Shown: piece by piece, positions 1 to 10,060 of the stretch | Layout of the letters: the number at the start of each line of letters is the position of its first letter | Position numbering within the stretch: the stretch's first letter is position 1 | Source of the DNA: Eubacteriales bacterium | GTDB lineage: Bacteria; Bacillota; Clostridia; Oscillospirales; CAG-272 | Assembly: GCA_045535375.1 (NCBI GenBank) | Contig: JAZSLM010000019.1 | Coordinates: 10,871-74,870 of the forward strand | Length of the DNA stretch: 64,000 nucleotides | Direction: 5' to 3' | Program-made: the position numbers and the translations under genes | The notes under the pieces: model-generated | What the model saw: only the letters and a program-made list of their open reading frames with translations | What the model was told of the DNA's origin: nothing | Databases searched by the model: none

Positions 1-297
1 CGCGTAACACTCTCCGACGACGCCGAAGGCTACTTCTTCAAGCTTAAAAAGACGCTTTCAAACGGTACGTCTTATTACGTTGTAACTCCCGTCGTGCTCA
101 AATCCGATAACGTCGAGGCTGAACCCATCCCTGATATCACCGAGGAAGTAACGACAGAGGTTCCCGCTGTGACCGAACCCGCGACAGAGCCCATCACCGA
201 GCCTACCGCAGAAGGCGGATGCGGCGGTATGATCTCGCTCTCCGTGCTCGCGCTCATTCCCGCGGCTGTACTTATTATTAAAAAGAAGGAAGATTAA
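1..297 (+). CDS. 3' end of a secreted or membrane-anchored protein (partial, continues upstream of the window)
   Basis: Frame 1 is open from base 1. A Thr/Glu/Pro-rich linker is followed by the hydrophobic helix ISLSVLALIPAAVLII and a KKKED tail; TAA at 295-297. Confidence 0.45.
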   Translation, partial: RVTLSDDAEGYFFKLKKTLSNGTSYYVVTPVVLKSDNVEAEPIPDITEEVTTEVPAVTEPATEPITEPTAEGGCGGMISLSVLALIPAAVLIIKKKED

Positions 298-300
298 CCG

Positions 301-1053
301 ATGAAGGAATATAAATTCGATCCCGTCCGCGCGACCGAGGAATGCGCCGAATGGATAAAAAATTGGTTTGAAAAGAACGGCAAGGGCTGCCGCGCAGTCG
401 TTGGCATTTCGGGGGGCAAGGATTCCTCGATAGTTGCCGCGCTCTGCGTCAAGGCGCTTGGCCGTGACCGCGTTTTCGGCGTGCTGATGCCTCGCGGCGA
501 GCAGTTTGATATCTCCTGCTCGCATCAGCTCTGCGAGCACCTCGGCATTGAAAACGTCGTTGTCAATATCAAGGAAACCGCGGATGCGATGGATAAGGCT
601 GTCGCCGATGCGCTCGGGAAGAATCTTACACCGCAGTCCTTCCAGAATATCCCGCCCAGAATCAGAATGACCACACTTTACGCCGTTTCGCAGTCGGTGA
701 ACGGACGCGTTGCCAATACCTGCAACCTTTCCGAGGACTGGGTAGGCTATTCTACCCGCTACGGCGACAGCGCGGGCGACTTTTCGCCCATCTCCTGCTT
801 CACCGTCACCGAGCTGAAGCAGATCGGCAGATATCTCGGACTTCCCATCGAGCTCGTCGACAAGACCCCCATCGACGGCCTTTGCGGAAAGACCGACGAG
901 GACAACCTCGGTTTCACATATGCGGAGCTTGACCGTTATATCAGAGAGGGAATCGAGCCCACGCCCGAAAAGAAGGCGCTGATCGACCGCAAACACGAGA
1001 TCAATCTTTTCAAGCTGAGATATATGGATTGCTTCGTATATGAGGAGAAATAA
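301..1053 (+). CDS. nadE: NH3-dependent NAD+ synthetase
   Basis: PP-loop motif GISGGKDSS; about 250 aa, typical of NadE; RBS AAGGAAG upstream. Confidence 0.85.
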   Translation: MKEYKFDPVRATEECAEWIKNWFEKNGKGCRAVVGISGGKDSSIVAALCVKALGRDRVFGVLMPRGEQFDISCSHQLCEHLGIENVVVNIKETADAMDKAVADALGKNLTPQSFQNIPPRIRMTTLYAVSQSVNGRVANTCNLSEDWVGYSTRYGDSAGDFSPISCFTVTELKQIGRYLGLPIELVDKTPIDGLCGKTDEDNLGFTYAELDRYIREGIEPTPEKKALIDRKHEINLFKLRYMDCFVYEEK

Positions 1054-1715
1054 TGAAAAAATATAAAGCAGTAATAATGGATTTCGACTTGACGATAGCG
1101 GATACTGCGTTCCTTATCGAGGAATGCCTTTACACCAACGCCGCGCGATTCGGTTACGATCTTGACAGGGGAATTCTCCGCGACGGCATCGGCATGACCG
1201 CCGAGACGATCTATCTCGACGCGGGCTGCAGCGCTCCCGAGGCGAAAAGGCTTCACGATGAATACATCCCCTATTCCGCCGAAATTATGTGCGAGCGGAC
1301 GGAGTTCTACCCCGGCGTTGCCGAGGGACTTGCGGAGTTTCACGAAAGGGGCGTTCTTCTCGCCGTGCTCTCGCTGAAGTCGTCGGATCAGATATGGCGT
1401 CCGCTCGAGCGCAAGGGACTGGACAAGCTGATGCATTCGGTCATCAGCCCCGACGAGGTCGAAAAGCACAAGCCCGAGCCCGACGGTATATTTTACCTCT
1501 CCGAAAAGACGGGCATCGCGCTTGCCGATATCCTCTACGTTGGCGACAGCGTGACGGATATGAAGACCGCGCAGAACGCGGGCGTGGATTTCGCCGCCGT
1601 CTGCACGGGCGCCGTCACCGCCGAGCAGTTCGCCGATATGGGCGCGGATAAGGTTTATCCAACGTTTGCGGAGATGTGTAACGATCTGAGCACTATGTTC
1701 GCACAAATTAAATAG
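1053..1715 (+). CDS. HAD-superfamily hydrolase (phosphoglycolate phosphatase-like)
   Basis: N-terminal MDFDLTIADT (DxDxT) and late GDSVTDMKTAQNAG motif. The start overlaps the nadE stop (TAATG). Confidence 0.75.
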   Translation: MKKYKAVIMDFDLTIADTAFLIEECLYTNAARFGYDLDRGILRDGIGMTAETIYLDAGCSAPEAKRLHDEYIPYSAEIMCERTEFYPGVAEGLAEFHERGVLLAVLSLKSSDQIWRPLERKGLDKLMHSVISPDEVEKHKPEPDGIFYLSEKTGIALADILYVGDSVTDMKTAQNAGVDFAAVCTGAVTAEQFADMGADKVYPTFAEMCNDLSTMFAQIK

Positions 1716-1727
1716 TGAGCGTCCACG

Positions 1728-1905
1728 TTTGCGAAGCAAACATATCGTATTGTTTGCCGAAGGCAAACGGTATATCGTGTTCACATATCGCATTCGCCCA
1801 AGCGAATATATCGTGTTTACCCACTCGGGTCTTCGACACGATATGCTACGCACGATATATCCTGCGGATACGATATGCTTCGCACGATATGTCGGCTTCG
1901 CCGAC
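1728..1905. repeat. Tandem mini-hairpin array with an ACGATAT(A/G)-type linker
   Basis: Units such as TTTGCGAAGCAAA, TTTGCCGAAGGCAAA, ATTCGCCCAAGCGAAT and GTCGGCTTCGCCGAC are separated by (A)CGATAT-like linkers. Confidence 0.7.
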
Positions 1906-1950
1906 GTAATAACAAAGAAATTAAAATTTCACATAGAAAGGTATGTCAAA

Positions 1951-3015
1951 ATGAGTAACATTCCGAAAGAACTTGACAAAAATATGATCGTTTCCGCCGA
2001 TGCGGAGGGGTTTGTCTGGTACGATGCCGCAAATCTTGATCTTTACGGCTTTGCGGGCATTGAGGGCGACACCTACCGCCGTCTGCCCAAGGAAGTAGCT
2101 GAAGCTACCAACCCCGGCACCCTGCGCAATTCGTCGCACACCTGCGGCGGACGCGTTCGTTTTTCGACAGATTCAAAGCGCATCGCTATCCGCGTCAAGA
2201 TGCCCTATATGACCAAATACGACCATATGCCCATGACCGGCGCGGCGGCGTTCGATATGTATGAGGATTTTCCGAATTCTCATCACTACGTCTGCACCTT
2301 CCGCTGCCAGATGACGGATACCGACGGATATACCTCCAAGAGAGCGGTCCTCGGCGGTCAGATGAGATATTACACCATCAATTTCCCGCTTTACAGCCCC
2401 GTTTCGGCTCTTGAGATCGGTATCGACGAGGGTTCCGCAATCGCAGAGGGTGCAAAATACCGCGACCTCGCGCCCATCATCTATTACGGCTCTTCGATCA
2501 CTCAGGGCGCCTGCGCGAGCCGCCCCGGAATTGCTTATCAGTCGATAATCTGCCGCCGCAACGAGATCGACTTCGTCAATCTCGGCTTCTCGGGCAACGC
2601 AAAGGGCGAGCAGGCGATGGCAGATTACATCGCGTCCCGCCCCATGACCGCATTCGTCTGCGACTACGACCACAACGCCCCCACAGCCGAGCATCTCGAG
2701 GCAACTCACTACAATTTCTATAAGACCATCCGTGAAAAGAACCCGAAACTCCCCATCATCTTCGTTTCCAAGCCCGACTTTGACAACGGCTTTGAGGCAA
2801 GCGTTGCCCGCCGCCGTGTAATTGAGGACACTTTCTATCGCGCCCGTGAGGAAGGCGACAAGAACGTCTTCTACATCGACGGTCAGGGACTTTACCGCGG
2901 CTATCACAAGGAAGAATGCTCGACAGACGGCTCGCATCCCAACGATATCGGTATGATGAAGATGGCGGAATCGATCGGTCAGATGCTCTCCCGCGTCCTC
3001 CGCAGCCGCATCTAA
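1951..3015 (+). CDS. SGNH/GDSL-family hydrolase (carbohydrate esterase-like), paralog of 3875-4981
   Basis: YYGSSITQGACASRPG Ser-nucleophile block and C-terminal DGSHPND block. Start placed at ATG 1951 because 1729-1950 is repeat DNA. Confidence 0.7.
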   Translation: MSNIPKELDKNMIVSADAEGFVWYDAANLDLYGFAGIEGDTYRRLPKEVAEATNPGTLRNSSHTCGGRVRFSTDSKRIAIRVKMPYMTKYDHMPMTGAAAFDMYEDFPNSHHYVCTFRCQMTDTDGYTSKRAVLGGQMRYYTINFPLYSPVSALEIGIDEGSAIAEGAKYRDLAPIIYYGSSITQGACASRPGIAYQSIICRRNEIDFVNLGFSGNAKGEQAMADYIASRPMTAFVCDYDHNAPTAEHLEATHYNFYKTIREKNPKLPIIFVSKPDFDNGFEASVARRRVIEDTFYRAREEGDKNVFYIDGQGLYRGYHKEECSTDGSHPNDIGMMKMAESIGQMLSRVLRSRI

Positions 3016-3027
3016 GGAGGGAAGACA

Positions 3028-3672
3028 ATGAAAAAGATAGTTCTTATCGGCGATTCGATCCGTATGGGATACGACAAGTACGTCAAGGAAGCATTTTCCG
3101 AGACCGCCGAGGTCTATTACCCCGCAGATAACTGCCGTTTTGCTACATATATACTCCGCTTCGTTCACGAATGGAAGAAGAAGGGCGAATGGCCCGAGGA
3201 TGCCGATCTCGTGCATTGGAACGCGGGTCTTTGGGACGTTCCCGAAATTCTCGGTGACGAGCCCGTAACCCCCGTCGATCAGTACGCCGTCCAGATCGCG
3301 CGCATCGACCGTCGTCTGCGCCTGCTGTTCCCGAAGGCGAAGATAGTTTTCGCGACCAGCACCGCCGTTCAGGAAGAAAAATTCGGCCCCGTTTTCAAGC
3401 GCCATAACGCAACCATCGAGGCTTTCAACGCCGCCGCACTCAAGGCTCTTGAGGGTACGGATACCGTCATTGACGATCTTTATGCCGTCACATCGACCGC
3501 CCCCGAGGAATGCCACAGCGACATGACTCACTATTCGACCCCCGCGGGCATCGAGCGCGTCGGCGGCAAGGTCATCGAGTGCATCTCGCGCGAGCTCGGA
3601 ATCGAAGCGAAGGCAGTCGATATGGACACCTTCTATCCCGAAGCGTACCCCAAGAAAGTAATCGGAAATTAA
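3028..3672 (+). CDS. SGNH/GDSL-family hydrolase
   Basis: N-terminal VLIGDSIRMGY (GDS block); strong RBS AAGGAGGG. Confidence 0.75.
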   Translation: MKKIVLIGDSIRMGYDKYVKEAFSETAEVYYPADNCRFATYILRFVHEWKKKGEWPEDADLVHWNAGLWDVPEILGDEPVTPVDQYAVQIARIDRRLRLLFPKAKIVFATSTAVQEEKFGPVFKRHNATIEAFNAAALKALEGTDTVIDDLYAVTSTAPEECHSDMTHYSTPAGIERVGGKVIECISRELGIEAKAVDMDTFYPEAYPKKVIGN

Positions 3673-3673
3673 C

Positions 3674-3832
3674 CACTTGTAAAACTGCGTTTTACAAGTG
3701 AAGAGCGCGCGCTTATCGCCGCCGCCAAAATCGAAGATTTTGACGGCTCCCCTCGGCGCGCGAGCTCGCCCTGCTCGCCTGAAAGGTGTTTTTTCGGAGG
3801 CTAAGCCCCCGAAAAAACGGATTTTATTAATT
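3674..3832 (+). repeat. ~157-nt structured intergenic repeat, copy A (copy B at 59299-59455)
   Basis: About 80 percent identical by eye to 59299-59455, in the same orientation. Hairpins CACTTGTAAAAC..GTTTTACAAGTG, GCGCGC..GCCAAAAT..ATTTTGNC..GCGCGC and GTTTTTTCG..CGAAAAAAC. Confidence 0.7.
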
Positions 3833-3874
3833 ATATTACAATCACCTATCATTGGAAATTGAAAGGAGATAAAA

Positions 3875-4981
3875 ATGAGTGACATCAAAAAAGAAGCTTA
3901 CGTAGAAGTAGATAAAAACCTGATAGTTGAAACCGTTTTCCCCGATACCGAGGACGTAAAATTCCATAACGTAAGAAATGAGCCCTTTGAGCTTTATAAT
4001 CTCTACGGCGAGCAGGACGAAATATATCGCCGTCTGCCCAAGGCGGTTGCCGAGGCAACCAGCAAGGGTGTTGACAAGCTTGCAAAGGAGACCGCGGGCG
4101 TTCGCGTTCGCTTCTCGACTGACTCGGGTTATATCCTCATCAAGACGAAAATGCCCGTCATCGCCAGAAATTCGCACATGACCCTGCTTATGTCGGGCGG
4201 ATTCGACCTTTACGAGGACACGCCCACGGGCAGCCGCTTTGTCAAGGCGTTTATGCCTCCCTACAAGATGGAGGACGGCTACGAGCAGATCATCCGCTTC
4301 GGCAGCCGCAAAATGAGGTATTTCACCATCAACTTCCCGCTCCACTCGGTAGTTTCCGAGTTTTACGTAGGCCTGCAGGAAGACGCGCAGATCGGCGCGG
4401 GCAAGCCCTATAAGAACGAAAAGCCCATCATCATCTACGGCTCTTCTATCGTTCACGGCACCGGCGCATCCCGCCCCGGACTTGCTTATTCGAACATTAT
4501 CAGCCGCAAGCTCGATATGGACGTTGTAAACCTCGGCTTCTCGGGCAACGCAAAGGCAGAGCTGCCGATAATGAATTATCTGGCGTCCCTTGATATGTGC
4601 CTCTTCGTTTACGACTACGACCACAACGCGCCCAATCCCGAATATCTTGCCGAGACCCACAAGCGCGGCTTCGATATCATCCGCGCGGCACATCCCGATA
4701 TCCCGATAATCCTCATCACCCGCCCGAATGCGGCAACCAATCCCTCGAAGGTCGAGGAGAGAAAGAAAGTGGTTATCGACACCTACCGCGCGGCGCTTGA
4801 CGCGGGCGACAAGAACGTTTACTACATCGACGGCGAATCCTTCTTCCTCGGCGTAGACGGCGAGAGCGATTTCGTGATCGACGGCGTTCATCCCAACGAT
4901 ATGGGCTACTATCTGATGGCAGAGGGCATCGGAAATACCATCGTTCAGGCGATCGAGCGCATGGGAGGCTCCCTTGAGTGA
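3875..4981 (+). CDS. SGNH/GDSL-family hydrolase, paralog of 1951-3015
   Basis: Shares YRRLPKAVAEAT, RVRFSTDS, MRYFTINFPL, IYGSSIVHGTGASRPG, NLGFSGNAK, YDYDHNAP and DGVHPND blocks with the 1951 gene. Confidence 0.75.
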   Translation: MSDIKKEAYVEVDKNLIVETVFPDTEDVKFHNVRNEPFELYNLYGEQDEIYRRLPKAVAEATSKGVDKLAKETAGVRVRFSTDSGYILIKTKMPVIARNSHMTLLMSGGFDLYEDTPTGSRFVKAFMPPYKMEDGYEQIIRFGSRKMRYFTINFPLHSVVSEFYVGLQEDAQIGAGKPYKNEKPIIIYGSSIVHGTGASRPGLAYSNIISRKLDMDVVNLGFSGNAKAELPIMNYLASLDMCLFVYDYDHNAPNPEYLAETHKRGFDIIRAAHPDIPIILITRPNAATNPSKVEERKKVVIDTYRAALDAGDKNVYYIDGESFFLGVDGESDFVIDGVHPNDMGYYLMAEGIGNTIVQAIERMGGSLE

Positions 4982-5357
4982 GAGCGGCGGCGTAATTGCC
5001 GTTGAAGCTCTCGCCTACCTCGGCGACGCGGCAATGGAGGTGCTCATCCGTGAACGCCTCGTCCGCTCGGGGCTCTGCTCATCAAAAAGGCTGAACGATG
5101 CTTCTCTCGCATACGTCAAGGCGACGGCACAGAGCGAGGCGCTCGAGAGAATGCTCCCGCATCTGACAGAAGCGGAAGAGGCGACCTACAAGCGCGGAAG
5201 AAATCTCGGCCACGGCAAAAACACGCCGAAAAGCGCATCCGTCAGCGAATACCGCCGCGCAACGGGGCTGGAGACCTTGTTTGGGCAGTTGTATCTTGAT
5301 GGCGACACGCGGAGGATGAACGAGTTACTCGACATTGGGTATCCCGACCTGCGGTAG
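4974..5357 (+). CDS. mrnC: Mini-ribonuclease 3
   Basis: LAYLGDAAMEVLIRERL RNase III-like signature; about 127 aa. TTG start 5 nt after GGAGG, overlapping the upstream stop. Confidence 0.75.
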   Translation: MSESGGVIAVEALAYLGDAAMEVLIRERLVRSGLCSSKRLNDASLAYVKATAQSEALERMLPHLTEAEEATYKRGRNLGHGKNTPKSASVSEYRRATGLETLFGQLYLDGDTRRMNELLDIGYPDLR

Positions 5358-5421
5358 TGAAAAGTGTAAAGTGGAAAGTGTAAAGTTGAGGTGAATTTCC
5401 TCGCTTTGCTCGGAAATTATC
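5357..5421 (+). repeat. Period-7 array (GTGAAAA/GTGTAAA/GTGGAAA) followed by the conserved AGGTGAATTTCC..GGAAATT hairpin module
   Basis: Starts at the mrnC stop. The same composite occurs at 27871-27937. Confidence 0.6.
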
Positions 5422-5437
5422 CTATTAAATAAAAATA

Positions 5438-5548
5438 CTTTTCGCCAAAGGCGAAAAGTTACCTTCATTCTGCGCAGCAGATTATCATTCGGCGCAAGCC
5501 GATTATCATTCCGCCGAAGGCGGATTATCATTCGCGCGAAGCGCGACA
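5438..5548. repeat. Tandem mini-hairpin array with an ATTATCATT linker
   Basis: CTTTTCGCCAAAGGCGAAAAG, then TGCGCAGCA, GGCGCAAGCC, CGCCGAAGGCG and GCGCGAAGCGC, each preceded by (G)ATTATCATT(C). Confidence 0.7.
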
Positions 5549-5576
5549 GAAATTTTACAGAAAAGGAACCAAAATA

Positions 5577-6080
5577 ATGTCCAATCCCATCATTGAAATC
5601 AAAGTAACCAACTTCGGCACCATGAAAGCCGAGCTTTACCCCAAGCTCGCGCCCAAGACTGTTGAAAACTTCTTGAAGCTCATCGAAGAAAAGTTCTTCG
5701 ACGGACTCATCTTCCACCGCGTGATCAAGGGATTCATGATCCAGGGCGGCGGGTACAACGCGCAGTTCGAGCACAAAGAGGCTTCCCCCATTAAGGGTGA
5801 GTTCGCGGCAAACGGCTGGGTTCAGAACGATCTTAAGCACACCGCGGGCGTTCTCTCGATGGCTCGCACGTCCGACCCCGACTCGGCATCCTCGCAGTTC
5901 TTCATCATGCACAAGGATTCCCCCCACCTCGACGCCCAGTACGCGGGTTTTGGAAAGGTCATCGAGGGCATCGAGGTCGTCAACAAGATCGCATCGGTGA
6001 AAACCGGCACTCTCGGCTTCTACATGGCAGACGTCCCCCGCGAGAGCGTTGTTATCGAGAGCATCAGAGTGGTGGAATAA
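5577..6080 (+). CDS. ppiB: Cyclophilin-type peptidyl-prolyl cis-trans isomerase
   Basis: FHRVIKGFMIQGGG and SMARTSDPDSASSQFFI cyclophilin blocks. Confidence 0.85.
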   Translation: MSNPIIEIKVTNFGTMKAELYPKLAPKTVENFLKLIEEKFFDGLIFHRVIKGFMIQGGGYNAQFEHKEASPIKGEFAANGWVQNDLKHTAGVLSMARTSDPDSASSQFFIMHKDSPHLDAQYAGFGKVIEGIEVVNKIASVKTGTLGFYMADVPRESVVIESIRVVE

Positions 6081-6089
6081 AATAAAGGG

Positions 6090-6403
<314 letters not shown>

Positions 6404-6407
<4 letters not shown>

Positions 6408-8458
6408 TTTTCTTCGCTATCTTTCTTCTCCTCAACGCCATCCTTTTTCTCGGAAAAATCCATCTTATCGATGTCCTCTCCGCGGAGGTCGGCTTTGATG
6501 CGTTCGAAGGCTTCACGGTCGCGGCGTTCTTTCTCAAGGCGCTCTTTTTCCTGCTCCTCGCGTCGGCGCGCGTTAGCTTCTTCGCTCTTGCGCTTCTTTT
6601 CAGCCGCGATCTCCTCGAGAGCTTCAACGGTCGGTTCATCCGATTCCATAGCGCACTTGAACTGGTCGCCGTCCATTATCTCGTGTGTAAAGAGGTATTC
6701 GGCAACGAATTCGAGCTTCGATGCGTTTTCGGTGAGAAGTTTCTTTGCAACCTCGTAAGCATCGGTGACGATCTTGTGGATCTCGGCGTCGATCTTAGCT
6801 GCGGTCTGACCCGAGTAATCCTGGCGCGCGGAGAAATCTCTGCCAAGGAAGACATCGCCGCCGCCCTGACCGTAGCGGATGGGTCCGAGCTCATCCGACA
6901 TACCGAGCTGTGTTACCATCTTGCGTGCGATATTGGTTGCGCGCTCGATGTCGTTCGAGGCACCGCCCGAGAAATCGCCGAAGGTCAGCACCTCTGCGGC
7001 ACGGCCTGCAAGAAGAACGCTGATCTCTTCCTTCAGTTCCTCACGGTATTCGCTCTGCTTATCCTCGGTCGGCACGTTGAGGGTGTAGCCGAGGGCGCGG
7101 CCCGCGGGGATGATCGAGATCTGGTGAACGGGGTCGGGCGTGGGGAGGAGGAAGGACACAAGCGCGTGGCCCGCCTCGTGATATGCGGTCTTGCGAAGCT
7201 CCTTGGGGTTGCGCTTCATCGACTTCTTCTGGGGACCTGCGATGACCTTGATGAAGGAATCTTCGATATCCTCCATGCCGATCAGCGACTTGCCGCGGCG
7301 GACCGCAAGCAGAGCAGCCTCGTTGAGGAGGTTCTGAAGGTCAGCACCGGTAAATCCCGCGGTGGTCTGCGCGATCTTTTCGAAATCGACTTCATCCTCG
7401 AATTTCTTGCCGCGCGCGTGAACGTGAAGGATCTCCTCACGTCCCTTGATATCGGGGTAGTTAACGGTGATCTGTCTGTCGAAACGTCCGGGGCGGAGAA
7501 GTGCGGGGTCAAGGATGTCGGGACGGTTGGTTGCCGCCATAACGATGATGCCCTCGTGCGCGCCGAAACCGTCCATTTCAACAAGGAGCTGGTTGAGGGT
7601 CTGCTCTCTCTCGTCGTGACCGCCGCCCAGGCCCGCGCCTCTGTGGCGTCCGACGGCGTCGATCTCGTCGATAAAGACGATCGAAGCGGGAGCCTTGCGC
7701 GCGGTCTCAAAGAGGTCGCGGACACGCGATGCGCCGACACCGACGTACATTTCAACGAAATCGGAACCCGAGATCGAGAAGAAGGGAACGTCAGCCTCGC
7801 CCGCAACAGCCTTCGCGAGCAGGGTCTTACCCGTGCCGGGAGGGCCCATCAGCAGAACGCCGTGGGGTATCTTTGCGCCGAGAGCGGCAAATTTTTCGGG
7901 ATTCTTAAGGAATTCAACGATCTCCTGGAGCTCTTCCTTTTCTTCCTGTGCGCCTGCAACGTCGGAGAAGAGGACTCTTTGCTTCGTGTCTGCGGGAGTT
8001 TTTACTCGCGCCTTTGCAAAGCTTCCGGGCTTGCCGTTCTTGCCGCCGACTTGACCCATCATAAAGATCCAGAGAACGGCGAAGAGAATGAGCATACCCA
8101 CATAGGGGAGGATCGATACCCACCAGGGCCAGACTGTGGCGGGTTCGTATTCATAAGCGGTGATGATTCCCGCGGTGTGCTGTTCGGCAATAAGATCGCC
8201 GAGATCCTCGCGGAAGAAGGAGATGCTTGCAAGACGGTAGGTGACCTTCGAGCCGTCTTTAAGGGTCAGTTGGATGATGCCTTCGTTATCAACGAAGAAT
8301 TCTGTGACCTCTTCTTTTTCAAAATAGGTCTTGATATCGCTGTAATCGGGCGCCTTTTTACCTGTCCCCGAGAAAAGGGAGGAGAGCATAAAGATCAGAA
8401 CAGCGACAACAATGATATAGATCAGTATTGTGCGGAAATTGCCTGAGCGTTTGTTCAT
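6404..8458 (-). CDS. ftsH: ATP-dependent zinc metalloprotease FtsH
   Basis: Walker A GPPGTGKT, an AAA domain, Zn motif HEAGHA, and two N-terminal TM helices. Confidence 0.95.
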
Positions 8459-8477
8459 TTGGGTTTATTGCCTTTCG

Positions 8478-9026
8478 TTAGTGAGTATATACTTCTTCTT
8501 TAAGCACTCCGATGAAGGGAAGAGTGCGGTATTTTTCATCGTAATCAAGACCGTAGCCGACGACGAATTCATCGGGGATGATCTTTCCGACGTAGTCGGG
8601 AGTGAAGTCGACGACACGGCGGTCGGGCTTATCGAGCATCGTGCAGGTCTTGACACTGCGCGCGCCCGTCAGTTTGAGGTAGTCAACGAGGTATGCAAGT
8701 GTGCGGCCGCTGTCGATGATGTCCTCAACGACGATGACGTCAAGGTTTGCCATATCGGCGCGGTGAAGGTCGAGCATGATGTTTATCTTTCCCGTTGAGG
8801 AGGTTCCGCTTCCGTAAGAGGAGACCTTCATGAAGTCGATCTCAACGGGGCGCTCGATCTTTTTCATAAGATCACCCATAAAGACGACGCTTCCCTTGAG
8901 GATGCAGAGAAGGAGAAGACCCTTCGAGGTGTCGGGGTAATCGCGGTCGATCTCGGAGGCGATGCGGGTAACTGTGGAGTCTATTTCTTCCTCGGAAACG
9001 AGAGTGTATGCGATATCGTTTTTCAT
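8478..9026 (-). CDS. hpt: Hypoxanthine phosphoribosyltransferase
   Basis: PRPP-binding block VIVVEDIIDSGRT. Conserved tilS-hpt-ftsH neighbourhood. Confidence 0.9.
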   Translation of the reverse strand: MKNDIAYTLVSEEEIDSTVTRIASEIDRDYPDTSKGLLLLCILKGSVVFMGDLMKKIERPVEIDFMKVSSYGSGTSSTGKINIMLDLHRADMANLDVIVVEDIIDSGRTLAYLVDYLKLTGARSVKTCTMLDKPDRRVVDFTPDYVGKIIPDEFVVGYGLDYDEKYRTLPFIGVLKEEVYTH

Positions 9027-9047
9027 ATTATCTCTCCTTTTTCTACA

Positions 9048-10046
9048 TTATATATATTTCTCGATCTCGGCGATCAGCCCCGCGGCGTATTCGGCAAAGC
9101 CGAGGTCGTTCGGGTGAAGTCTGCCGTCCCAGAAAAATTCGGGAGATTGGGGCATAAACGGACGGGCGTCGATGATGTGGAAGCCGTATTTCGATGCAGT
9201 TTCGGAGATAAACTCGCAAGCCTCGTCAAGGCTGCCCTCGTATTTCTGCTTGCCCGACTTTGCATCGGCACGCCAGATGGGAAGGATGGCGAATTTCAGC
9301 GCGTCCGGGTAGATGCGGCTTGCCTTTGCGAAGAAATCTTCGCAGCGGGGGTGGAAGTAGGATCTCACGGTTCCCGACCAGTCGTTTGTGCCGTAAGCAA
9401 CGGTTACAACGTCGGGCTTGAATGCGGTGTTCTCGAGAACTATCTCGGGCACGAATCTCTCGCCGCCGATCGCCTGGTTGACGGTGTAAGCCTCGAAGTG
9501 CGAGGTCAGGCGGTTGACGTAGGATTTCGAAGCGAAAGCGGCGTCATAGCCCTGTGTGATCGAATCGCCGAAGCAGAGAAGCTTCATTTTGTAATCAATG
9601 GGTGTGAGGGTTGCGCCGTCGTCGATCTCGATGTTCGAAAGCTGTGCTGCCGCGAGGTTCGGAAGCCAGAGGGTGATCCTGTGTTCTTTGCCGTCGTGCG
9701 GGATATAGTCGGATACTTTCAGTGAGATGTGACCCTTTTTGATCCAGGCGACCTCCTCGCCGAGATGCTTGCGGATGATGCCGTCAACGCAGACGTCAAA
9801 ATAATAATATGTGCGGCTTGAGCCGTAGTTTACCGAAAAATCGGTGTCAAATCTGTCAGAGCTCGTCATAAAGTCGAGGCGGATGCTCGAGCTTGCCTTG
9901 GATTTGAGGCAGAATCCCGTGGAAGCACCGGCGTAATGCTCCATCGCTTCCTTTTCGAAACGGCAGAAAGTGAATGTGCCGTTCTCTTCGGTTATCTCAA
10001 GCGCGCCCGCGGTTATCTTTTTTACTTGATCAAGTGTCAGCTTCAT
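9048..10046 (-). CDS. SGNH/GDSL-family hydrolase with an N-terminal beta-rich domain
   Basis: CFGDSITQGY and AYGTNDW blocks. Start moved to ATG 10046, which has GGAGG upstream. Confidence 0.7.
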   Translation of the reverse strand: MKLTLDQVKKITAGALEITEENGTFTFCRFEKEAMEHYAGASTGFCLKSKASSSIRLDFMTSSDRFDTDFSVNYGSSRTYYYFDVCVDGIIRKHLGEEVAWIKKGHISLKVSDYIPHDGKEHRITLWLPNLAAAQLSNIEIDDGATLTPIDYKMKLLCFGDSITQGYDAAFASKSYVNRLTSHFEAYTVNQAIGGERFVPEIVLENTAFKPDVVTVAYGTNDWSGTVRSYFHPRCEDFFAKASRIYPDALKFAILPIWRADAKSGKQKYEGSLDEACEFISETASKYGFHIIDARPFMPQSPEFFWDGRLHPNDLGFAEYAAGLIAEIEKYI

Positions 10047-10060
10047 TTTAGCCTCCGATT

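Noticed and set aside
1729-1950. N-terminal extension of the SGNH ORF starting at 1729
   Set aside because: The extension is made of the mini-hairpin repeat array. A proper RBS and ATG occur at 1951, and the paralog at 3875 starts at the equivalent position.
5438-5548. Possible CRISPR array (regularly spaced short palindromes)
   Set aside because: The unit is only about 20 nt. The conserved part is the 8-9 nt linker, and the variable part is itself a palindrome rather than a 30-40 nt spacer. No cas genes are in the window.
6683-8446. 587-aa ORF on the + strand opposite ftsH. Similar long antisense ORFs occur at 13392-15311, 21003-23426, 46725-48293, 60860-62443, 2173-3888, 936-1853, 36929-38002, 37999-39102 and 54216-55100.
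   Set aside because: These are shadow ORFs opposite well-supported genes with GC-rich third positions. Their translations are low-complexity (Arg/Gly/Asp/Val-rich) with no recognisable motifs.
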